A DNA stretch of 64,000 bases from Phoronis australis (taxonomy: Eukaryota > Animalia > Phoronida): positions 162,893 to 226,892 of the forward strand of contig NMRA01000123.1 in NCBI GenBank assembly GCA_002633005.1. The letters are read 5' to 3'. The translations under genes and the position numbers were made by a program. The number at the start of each line of letters is the position of its first letter. Positions within the stretch are counted from its first letter, which is position 1. The notes beneath the pieces were generated by a model. It made no database searches. It was not told the DNA's origin and worked only from the letters and a program-made list of their open reading frames with translations. This document shows, piece after piece, positions 28,529 to 40,500 of the stretch.

Positions 28529-31500
28529 CTAAAATACAAAATCTTAGTTTAAAGTTCCGTCTTTCATTCTGAAGTTGGTTACTATCAGCCCAGTAGCCAG
28601 AAGATTGCTGTGAGAGCAAATGCACCCCCAACAGCAGTTGAGGTCCACCCATGAAAGTTAAGTTTAAGAATGGGTTACAACATTAAAGAGACATTACCAG
28701 TGACACGTTTATTTATCTTGGTTCAACTATCACCAGCACTCTTGCACCGGACACTGAACTCAACACCAAGATCGGCAAAGCTACCTCAGCAATGACTCAT
28801 CTAACAGAAAAGGTCTGGGAAAATCGTATGCTGACCACCAACACCAAGATGAAGGTCTACCAGGATTGTATCCTCATCACCCTCCCATACAGCAGCTAAT
28901 CATGGTCGCTATACACCCTTCAAGAGCACACACTCAACTCATATCAATATCATACACATAGCCTGAGAATGATACTTAACATCATGTCTCCAACAACACA
29001 GTTTTGACTTGGGTGAAACTGCCTAGTATGTACGTAATGGTTACCTAGAGGTGCCATAGGCGGATTTAGGGGGGGGGGNNNNNNNNNNNNNNNNNNNNNN
29101 NNNNNNNNNNNNNNNNNNNNNNNNNNNNAAATGAAACAGCAACAGCATGAAGAAATATTGAGTTCAGTAACTGGGACCGGTAGTGGAGAAGGGGGAGCTC
29201 AGACCTCAGGTCACGTTCCCGTTTTTTTTTTTTTAGTCGATAGATTTTCCGAACAGAAGGTTCATACTCCTGGCCTCGGCAACTTTTGGGCCGCCTGTGC
29301 ACATACAGTCCTGCTTTGGCTAATTCCTCGAGGCAACATGTTGGGCCCCCCCTTATGATATCCTAGATCCGCCACTGGGTGCCTTCGTTGGCTTGTCCAT
29401 TTTATTTATTGCATGGACGAGAATGCCAAAGGACATACTTTATGGAGAGCTTGCCACTGAAACCAGACCTGCAGGAAGGCGCGCAAGCTTCGTTTTAAAG
29501 ATGTAAGCAAGTGTGAACTGAAGACGGGAATCATCAACATTGCAGATTGGGAAACTCTGGCCTCCGATCACAGCAGGTGGAGGTCGACTGTCAAGTTGGG
29601 CATTAAAACCAGTGAGCACAGCACTGCTTAAAGAACGCAGTCGTCAGAGGGCAGCCTATGCTCCTACTGATCAGGACCAAATATACCCCCGTGACAACTG
29701 CAACAGAACCTGCCACTCCAGATTTGGACTCTTTAGCCACAGGAGATGCTGCAATCCAACCAATGACTGACAGAGGGTGCATATCGATTGTCTGTTGAGA
29801 CAGACAGCTGCCAACAGCCAGCGGCAATGAATTGAAGCCAAGATCACTCTCAAAATGTCACTGTCTCAGTAAAGTCCAATACTTTGCTGGGAGTTCTAAA
29901 AGGCAACGAGGCAAGTAGCTGAGTGAATGCATGCATTTCGCCCCGATTAGTCGGCAATGTTGAATTCTTGGGGATTAAAAACATTACCACGCTTTAGCCT
30001 TATCAGACCTTGAATTATTGCCAAATAAGCCGACAACTCAAGTCTCAGGTAAAGCATACATACACTATTTTCAAACATGCAATTTTTTAGTTGGTTAATC
30101 CCAACAAACTCTGAAGTGTTGGGTAAAAAAAACCCTATCGCAGTAGGATTTTATGAAATTAAGAGGCTTATTTGATTTTTAGTTTTTTTTAAGCCCTAGT
30201 TCAGCTACAAGGGGCAAAATGCAGCCTAAACACATGTCACCAGCCTCGATTTCAACTAATTCTACCAAATGAATGGAAGACAATGTCGGGAATTAGAGAT
30301 ATCTCATGAAATCACAAATTTGTAGTTTTGTTGCCACGATGAGAGATAATAATTTCAAAGCGGTCAATTCCATCGAAAAAAACACAAAAATATATTTTTC
30401 GACCATAAAACCAGTTGTGTACCTTTAAAATCAAAAACTGATGAAGAAAGATGAGCCTTGCGAGCAATTCCTTTCTTCCAAAAAACTTCATATTTTTATT
30501 TGCTTTAAAGTGGTAACAAACCAGACTTCCATCACAAATACCAACTTAGACATTTTACAAAAGTGATGATACAAGTGTTGAGCGTAAACAGCAGAACATG
30601 CTAATGACTGACATGCATACAGACTGACTGACAGGCAGACAGACTGATTGACAGGCAGACAGCCTGAATAACATAATATCACGACATGTAAGTCTATGCC
30701 TATGCCTCATTGCAGCCTCCAGCATGCACTTGGCTTCCTGTTTGCACTGACGTCCTTATTTGGAAAATCATGTGAGTGAACTAAGCCTGATAGGTGACAT
30801 TACTTTGAGTGTAAATAGGCAGTAGAAATATATAACACCAGGTTTTTTGTAATCATTCTATATAAATTACTCTCAGAATGCTATAGTCGGTAAAATACAA
30901 AGACAAGCGTACAGTGTGTAAGATAAAATTTGCACATTATAATGGTATTATTGTTGTTACTGAGCCGACATGGAATTAATAACAGTAAGGGACCACAGCT
31001 ATGAGAGGGCCAATCGGTGTCCGTGTTGTTAAAAATAATTGCACGTGGTTAGTTACGCGTTTGTACCAGACAGGTGCAGGCTGCTTAGGTGGGCCCTTTA
31101 CACTGATCACCTGGAACCGTTTTTATGCAATATTTTTAATATACAGTTAAAGCCAAGCTGAGGAGCTGTCCCGACTCATTATTCTAAAAGTGTGCCCCCT
31201 AATGGGAATTGACCTTAAGTAAGGGAAGCGGACCCCTATCCCACTAGACCACACTGAACCCTTTAGTTAAGTCTAGCCTTCATTACTAAGTTACTTGATC
31301 TCATTTTTTGGCAAACCACGAGCCATTACCAGGGCTTGGAATGACCAATGACAAGAAGAGGAAAATGTCCAGGTGATGTATCGTTCCACAAATAAAGAGG
31401 CTTGTATCATAGCAATATTTTTGTGTTGTAAAATTTAACTGAAATAAACGTTTTTGCATTGAATATAGTCAAAATTATGATAAAAAGAGACTCAAAAGAG

Positions 31501-34500
31501 TGAACTTGTAAATTAAATAAGAGGAATTCGAAATCAAAAAAGAGGAAATCCTCTTAAATAAGGAAAATTCCAAGCCCAGCATAATAAAAGCCTAGGTTCT
31601 CCAGGTACTAGTCAAGTCAATGCCTACGCCAACTGTATTCTGGCCACACATCAAACCTTTCCTACCTGGTTCATATTTCATTCTATATTCCTCCACATTC
31701 AGTGCAAGCTTGATGGCCTCGTTTCGATGCTTCTCGCTGGTGACCTCTGTGGAGTACAACTTGCGCTCCAGCTCGATGACGCGCCTCTGCTCGGAGATGT
31801 TTAGCATGCGCATCGTCGCCAGTTCCTGCTTACATTTGTCAAGCGCGTCCCTGAAACAGGAGACAATAAGACGTAAGAGGCCCAGTAGACATGTAGCAAT
31901 CACAAACGTAGACTAAAACAACAACTATAATGCTCTATGACGACAATGAAGAAGCACCTAATTTTCTTTCACAGATTTAAAAGCATTCTGAGCCACGGAG
32001 AAAATCAAAATTTTAATATGGCTCTTCATAGATTTGTGACTGTAGACTACAGCCTGAAAAAGATCCTTTCCAAAACGTGGGATCACTGCAAGTGTGATTC
32101 CTCAGAGTGAAATGAAAAGGGGAGAATTGCATCAACGTGTAGACACATTCAGATTTTCCAAAACTTGTAAATGTTTTGGTTACTGCTTGGAGCTAGGAAG
32201 CACTAAGACCACTACAGCAACCGAGAATCATTCTGTAAGTTCAAGTCACTTAAGAATGACTATGAACCCACCTTCCATCACAAAAAAACAACTTTTTGAT
32301 TTCTATTACTAATACCATCATGAATTGTACTTTAATCAAATTGGGAAGTCATTCCAGGGCTTCAAAAGAACCGACACACCTAGAATGCTTAATAGAACGA
32401 TGTGTCGTGACATGCCAACTTAGTTATAGAGCTATGACTAAGTTGGCATGACATGACACGTCCTTCTGTGACAAGCGTGGCCTGATAAAATAACCAACTA
32501 CCAGTTCTTCGAAAACTCAGATATCACTTCTCATCTGGGTAGGGAACAAGCAGACCAATTTAGTAGCGGCACCTAGTGGTCTAAATCGAAAGTTTGTTTC
32601 TTGGACAGAATGTGTGTTCCTACCTGCTTTATGTCAACATATTTTGGTTGAAAAGCTTCATTACTTTAATATGTGTGAATTAGAATATCATGAAGAGCTA
32701 TAGGAATCGACACATTTCTCACATTATCTACCTTCAGGGATCCAGATCATACCACCCTTTAATAACTATACCAAACCGAGGCTTGTCACTCAATAATTTT
32801 TCGCAGCCAAACAAGTTTCATCTAGCCAGTGTGACAGGGCACCCTGCCACAGTTATGTGGTTTAAAGTGGCTGTAAAACAGAATACCTTACATTCAACCA
32901 ACGACCAGGGTTCGATACCACTAAACTCCATCTGAGACACGTCTCCATAAAATAACCAAGAGCGTGACAAGCTTTAAGCAAACGTTCAACAAGCACATAA
33001 CGTGTCATTTTCAAAAAACTTTGTGCTTTCGGAGTCTGGGCAACGTGCTACTTACTCTTTAGTCTTAAGAAGGACTCCTACGTAGTCGGCGTAGTTCTTA
33101 TCGTTCTCTCCACCAAATGCCTTTCTTATCTCCAACATCTGAGCCTCCTTGGACTTCTGAAGCAAAACAAGTGCAAACGATGACAGTTGCACTCGACCGT
33201 GCATTTGGTCAAATTATGTTAGAAAGAGCTCAGTCTCGTATTAAGTGAGTATTTAGGCACATGTAACTTGTGAAGCTGTGCCTGCATCTGGAATTAGGCA
33301 CATGTGCCTGCATCTGGAATTAGGCACATACGAATTTTGGTTTCCGTTTTAAGCCATCTGCTTACATCGGCTTTATAGATTCAATAAAACGTGAAACTTG
33401 GTAGTTTTAAATGATTCCTTTCCGATTTTTTCAAGTTACCTCAATGTCTACACGGCTTATTTTAGATGAAATAGCCTCTGCATTGCCGTTGGCTTTTCAT
33501 TTTCTTAAACTTTTTGACAAAAGCGTACTGGACATTATGTAATAGTTGGACATGCCCGCATTTTACACGGTAAGAACCAGTTTTCTCCACTGAATAACGA
33601 GCATCAAGCTGGTTCTTCAAAATTTGGGCACGTTATAACCGACTATTGCTGGACTTAAAACGCAAAAAGAGAAGAGAAATGGAAGAAAATTGTCCATGTT
33701 TTTGAAAAACGCCGTATTCGTCAAAAAACACTCACCTCTGACTTTTCATACAGCTGTACTTTCTCAACAAGCAAGTCAATCTCACCACGGGCCCTTTCCA
33801 ACTGAGATTTGAGCCGGTCAACATGTGAACTGTCTGCCTGACTACAGGACATCTGCAGGAGGGCTGCTAGTTGACGCTGAAGAAAAAGAACCAGATAATG
33901 TGAGACATGTGAACAGAGACTGTGACCAAGCTAACTTTGAGAGAACTCGTTGGTGCTTCAGAAAAACATATTGGGCAATTGAATTTTATTGCGCAGACAA
34001 GCAGAAAATGGAGCACACAACTGGGGTAATGTAGAGATGAATAGCTACAGTACAAACCACAAATATAGACAAAATGACAGGTTATTCCACGTCAAGATGA
34101 CAGAGTGCAAAAAGGAAATCCACGTTCCTTTGGAATACAACATCACATTAGACATCAATCACGATGTGTAATTTTAATGAAATGGAAAATCAACCTTCTA
34201 TTATTCGTATCTTATCACAAACCTCATGATAATTGGCTTCACATCCCTTAACGCGAGCAGCGTCAAAATGGCCAGTTGCAGATTTTGCCAACTAAAAAAA
34301 GGACTGCTCAAAAAAGTTTGATTACACGAGTATTTGTTTGAGTTGGAAGGAATTAAAGACATTGACGGCCTCCTAAGGTGTCTCTCTATGCACAAAAGGT
34401 ACTTTCAATAGCACGACTTTGATGTTTTGATCAGTGTGAGGCATAATTCGCCAAAAAGATTTTGGCACATGAAGGGCATATGGGCTGGCCACCATCTCTA

Positions 34501-37500
34501 CTGCTAGTTGAGACGGTGGAAGTGTCGATTGCCATCACTGAGGTCCATCTTAGCACCACATCAAAGGCAGAATACAAGAGAACCCCATGATCTACATTAT
34601 ATGGAAGACTGTGTGAAGTACCTTATCAAAAAATTATAGAAGACAAAATTGATTACATTTCCGTCTACACCAGATACAATCTTTTACGAGCAGAGCTCCT
34701 GAGTGAATCCTCCCTCTCAGATCTGTTCATAAAACACCCAGAAGTTCTGGTGAGATTTTTCCGTTAAGATATTACATTACTGTAAACATAGATTAGTACA
34801 ACTGCTTAGTTAATGTATTGCAGGTGACTTGTAAGTCCAAGAGGCTGGCGCTGTATTGCTGTCTCATGTCCACTTAGAGTACCGTGTTGTATACTGCTGC
34901 AGCCACGTCAATACGATAAACTACACAAAGTCATGTCTTTAAATGGATGATGCGCCAACTATGTGTTTTCACTTGGCATTGACCCTCTTGAAAATAATGA
35001 CAAGTCATGGCAGCAGAGGCTAATAATACGAGAATGTGCGTAATTTATCATATTTATACCACATAATTAAACATTTAGTCAACATTTCTCTGTCGATTCT
35101 ATTTTATTTAACATGAAAAAAACAACATCTGTCACGTGACCGTACCATAACCTTTTGGGTTATTGCATGGACATGTTACAAGGTTATTGGCCAGGCGCAT
35201 CAAAATATGTGCCATGTTACTGACTGCAGTCATACTCACCCTCAGTTTGTGAAGCTGTTGCTGACCACAGTCATACTCACCCTCAGTTTGTGAAGTTGTT
35301 GCTGACTAAAGTCATACTCACCCTGAGTTTGTGAAGCTGTTGCTGACCATAGTCATACTTTTTCTTCAACGTCTCCAGCTGCACAGTCTGTGAGATCAGT
35401 CTCTTCTCAGCTTCCTGACGCTTGTCATCCAGCTTAACACAAATTGAGACATAGTTTGGACAGTTACCGCTTCAGAAAATGAACATTTCGGTTCAGCAAG
35501 GACATGCCGTGTTGATTTTGCGCTGGGAATGTAAGGAATGAGCTATCGTTTCCTCAATCATACCGACATGATTGGAAAGTGTACATTTGAATTCTCATCT
35601 GATGAGCAGCCTTTGTTCAAATCCCAACAGTTAATATCCTCACTACACTGCAACAGTATATTGAAATGGAGACGTTACTAGTCTTGAAATATAGACGTCA
35701 TTTTGCAAAATTTATTTGTTTATGTCTCTTGCTGATCTGATCTATTGTTGGTTTTAGGATATAATAATATAGCCGCGAGTTTGAGTTAGTAAACAAACAC
35801 CATTCATGCCTTCAACAAATCCTGAATATGCTTAAAAGAGAATGAAAGTCCTGTTTAAACGAGGAAAGAAGCAGATATTTTAGAAATGCAGGTACAAGTC
35901 ATGTGAGACACAGAGACTTAGAGACTCACACTCACAAAATACGAGAACACTTTAAGACATGATGCCAAGTTTGTTGGGCATGATGAAAAACTGAGAAAAG
36001 GTTTATCAATGATATAATGATCAATTTTAATTAAAACTATACATTAAATCACTCGAATAGCAGAATATATCGCTTTAAATTTTCCATGATGGTGAAAATC
36101 TGCTGCTTCATCATGTTTTTATACTGATTGTTATGAACAGGGGCCACAAACTATAATATTGATTTTAATCTTTGTAAAATCAACCAACTTCCCTGTCCCT
36201 TTCTGCAAAGTTACAACATGTACTTAAATCATGCGGCATGATAGGTCAAGTAATGAGCCTGAGTCTGAAGATTAGAACCAGGCCCCAACGTGTCCAATGA
36301 CTCAATGGTCAGAATGGACCAAGCTGAAGCAGTCAGAAAGAAGCAAGCTGAAGCTCACAGGCAACTGCAGCTAAATATCAGGGCTTGGAATGACCAATGA
36401 CAAAAAACGCGGAAACTTTGACGGCCCAATGCCCGATAACCAGTCTTTGAAATGGTCAATGTGACCCTTTCCGCGACAAAAATCGGGAAAAAAAAAAAAA
36501 AAAAAAAAAAAACGTTACCACCATCAGTAGCATGCGTCTGCGTCCTTTTCGCTCGCCCGTCCACTCCCAACCCACACAAATTTGGCTGCAGAGCGGTAGT
36601 ATTTGTCGCCGTGCTTAANCCGCCATTGAAAATCAGACCACGCTTTAACCAGATGCCCCGGCAATGTTGACAATTTACGTTCCTCCGAAACATAAAGACT
36701 TCCGCTTTCCGAGGTGAACGTCGTCTGCAACGCCGCGGTAAGAAAGGAATTTTGCCGCGGAAATTTCATATCAAATCCGATTTTTTACGCGGAAATATCA
36801 TAAAAAAAGCGGAAAGCACATTTCAAAAAAGCGGAAATCCGCGTTTCCGCGGAAAATTCCAAGCCCTGAAATATGCCAACATCAACTAGCGAATGTCAGA
36901 GAAAAACTTTCTCAGCAATGGGGGAAGGTAAACCAATGAATGTCAAAGTAAAAATATCTCAGCAATTGGGAAGGTAAACCAGTTAATATCGGAATGAAAT
37001 ATCTCAGCAATGGCGGAAGGTCGACTAGAGCATATCAAGTCATACCTCAGCAAACACAGAGTTGCCTCTCTTGTTGTGGTTCTGTGTTTCCATTTTCAGC
37101 TGATCCAGTTGAACGTTCAGTTCCATCACCTCCTCACGGCATTTCTGAAACATCCAAACATCCCATGAATAGTGCAGGGGTGCCGAGCAATGAGGTTGCA
37201 ACGGGATGTTACACAATGTCTAGGGAAGTTTTGATATAGAAGTCTCCCCTTAGGCGAAATATTAATCCTGTAAAATAAGGAACCTAAATTTGAGGTACTA
37301 GGAAACCTCAAAAATAGTTAATAAAAACAGATGATACTCAATGAAGGCCCTTTAAAACCTTGAGCAGGTTTAAAAATGATTATTGCCACTGGGTTTAAAT
37401 TTTCGCGGTTGAGAAATGTTTTGCACCTTAAAAACTTGGATAAAACATTTGCTTTAAGCAATTTTCGAACAGATGCTTTGAGAAACATCCGATGCAACTT

Positions 37501-40500
37501 CCAATAAAAACAGAGACTCTCATATGTAATCGTGTGGCAAAGTAGGGCCTAATTACAGTGTATCGGTCTGTCATGCATCGTTTCAAAACATCACGAGGTT
37601 CATTTACGATTGATAAGAACGGCACTACATAGCAAGATTATTTAAATTAGCCGTCATGATAGACAGATACTATGACTGCTAATTTCGCTTACACTCAATC
37701 ATCACAGTGTGTGCACAGCCATCATGACACGGAATAACGGGTCATTTTGTCCACGCTTTTTTGGCTTGTACTTTATCCTCAAGGTTCTACACCAAGCTCA
37801 GATAACTGTGCTAGTAAATTAATGTAAAAGACGTCTTTATTTCAGCGCAAGAGGTACCTTGTCACATGTGGACACATGGGAGATATGTTCATCTTAATCA
37901 CTGGTTGCATGGACAAATGACTTTTGCTTGGAGACAAAAGAATTTGCTAAAGGTAGTAAGTTTGAATTATATGTTGAATAGTAACCTTACGCTTGCACAG
38001 CAATAGATGCCGAGAGTCAGATTTTTCAAGCTTGGATTGACTGGCCCAACAAGCTTATTCCTTGAGGATATTTGACAAGCCTGGTTTACCAGGCTCATCA
38101 TCAGTCTTTTCTTAGAAAACTAAGCGGCAGTTAGTAAAGGAGCTAAGAACGTTAGGCCTGGAAAATTAAGCTAGGTCAAATTTAACTAAAGTTGAAATGC
38201 ATCAGAGAATGAAAACATCCTCGGATACGAAACTCAGGGGAAAAACGCTACGGCAGCAGCCCTGAATGAGAAATGTTACACAACATTTGGTTACCTCTAG
38301 AGCGTTGTAATAGGATGTGGCGAGACAAGCCTGCTCTGCTACATCACAATCCTTGGACTCCAGCTGCTCTTGGAATTTGTTGACCTGGAGGGTAAGTCGG
38401 GCACACAGATCCTTCATGTCACAAACTTCAGTCTGCAGCGCCATCTGGTGGAAGGGAAAAATAACATTTTGTAGCCACTGTTGCATCCATGGAATTCAAC
38501 AACTCAATTCAAGAATCTAAGATACTGTGCAATGCGTAATTATTGTAATGTAAGAAATATAAAACCCCGTAAAACTGCCTTTTGGGAAACCCTCAATACT
38601 TATTTAGATTAGATTAACCATGAACTTCTTATCCGTGTGTGTGTGCCTGTGTTTCATTTGCATATATCTCATTGTTGTATATCTTAGTGTATTTAGAAAT
38701 AAAATGTTAATATGAAAAAAAAAATACTGTGCAATGCAACTGTAGCCAAGTTTTGAGTCACTCAAACACTGTAGAACAAGTGGTGGCGAGTTAAATTAAG
38801 GTCTACTATTTTTCTCTACTACTGTATATTACCAGGTCGCCAAGCAAAATCTGAGGCCACATTGGCAACCTGCAGGTCGCCAAATCGAGCCCTGTACTAT
38901 AACAAGGAATTACGCTACACGTGTAAATGAGAAACTAAATGGAAGAAAGTATCACAACGTAAGATGTGAAACTCCACATCATCTAAACTATATCCTGCGA
39001 TGGCAATCGTATCAATGAGCACAATAGCTGGTAGAAGAAAGGCAAACTGAAAAAAGTAATATCTCTCGCAGAAATCGCCTTCAGGTTTTCACTCGTCCTC
39101 CACTTGAGTTTCGCAGCTTCAATAAATTTCTAAACGTGTGATATTTAACAGATATCCCTCAGACATTTGTAAGTTCTTTGTTGACCAAGGTCAGTGCCAA
39201 CACTCCTGATTTCAGAGGTTATCTCACCAAAACAATCTCTATGTACGCACCTTGTCAGCTTGCATGTTGCTCAGCTCCATGTGAAGTTCTGCCATCTCTT
39301 GGCTGCATGTCTCGTTCATCATGTTTACCTTCAGCAGCAGCTGTTCTTGCGTCTCCCGCAGTTGTTCCTCGAGCCGAGTGTTCCGTTCCTGCAGCTGCGA
39401 CTCGTGTAGTTGGCTACTATCGAGGCTGGCCTGCTGTGACTCCACCTGATGGTGAGAACGGAACATGGCATAACCTCACTAAATCAACCTTGCAGCGTTG
39501 ACACTGCATCCAAATTTTGGAATGGACATCAGTAACAGTAACAGTAAGTTGTAGGACAACTTCTTGCATAAAGTGCAGAAAGCAAAGCGAGCAAAGTGTG
39601 AACTGGGTGGGAATAAAATGATTCCATGCCCAAACGCTAGATGGTGTTACTAGTTGGGTCTTTGTAGCATCAATAAAAGATTGAATATTCAAAGCTCATG
39701 GTAATGATCAAAAAAATTTGGGTAACTTCGGAAAATCACATCTCAGAAATGGGCTGACCAGATTCACATTACCAAAATTAATTTATCAAGATTTTCATGC
39801 TGCTCTCAAAAATGCTGTTATATATTTTTTTAAATTTCATCTTTGCATAAGGTGCTATAAAAATTTAGAGCTTCATGATTTTTATGACATCGGAAATTCT
39901 AAACGTTAAGGCCTTAGCCTCATAATACAATTCACAGCACAACTCTACAATGATAAAAGTGGTCATCATCTCCATCAGCTAATTACGGCGCACATCACCC
40001 AGAACAGGGCAGTGACACATAAAATGAAACTTGTTTTCAGTGTTGCAGATGTCACAAATTATTCACGAATCTTATGTAAAATATGATTCCTGTTCATAAA
40101 ACAAAAATGAAAAGATAATTTAGAAAATTGGAGTTACAGTGTGGTTTTGAGATGTTTTGAAACGAAATTTGAATGTTCGTGATACCTTTTATCTCTTAGC
40201 GTAATCTTAGTTTTGCTAAATTTAACTTATAATTCATCTGGTGATTTAACCAATGGCTGATTGGCATAAAGTTCAAAGCTATATTCTACACACAAAATCT
40301 ACTTTCAGTAAAAACTGTATAGCTTAAACTCAACTCTATAGTTTTGTGGATATAGTTTGGCTAAACGCACAGGCCAGATAAGGTTTCTCTAAACTTCAGT
40401 TGTTTCAATGGTCCTCAGCTAACTTTCTCACAAACATCAATGCAAGCGAAATAGTAAGTTATAAGCCCTGTAGTCATCAAAACCGGGAAGGGTACACTAC

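Larger units (their letters stand above)
28690..29830 (+). mobile_element. 5'-truncated, decayed RTE-clade LINE (post-RT region and C-terminus) in the last Spindly intron, antisense to the gene
   Basis: Reads FIYLGSTITS...ELNTKIGKATSAM...KVWEN...TKMKVYQ, then LRWL, RPAGR and CNRTCHSRFGLFSHRRCC, as in RTE/BovB-type ORFs; contains stops and frameshifts. Confidence 0.85.

Noticed and set aside
9870-30428. Isolated Kolobok-like ends ending in CCTTTAA (near 9889, 13585, 30428)
   Set aside because: I could not pair them with matching left ends, so element boundaries are unsupported.
31200-31256. Possible tRNA gene
   Set aside because: A/B-box-like motifs are present but no cloverleaf; kept only as a low-confidence SINE.
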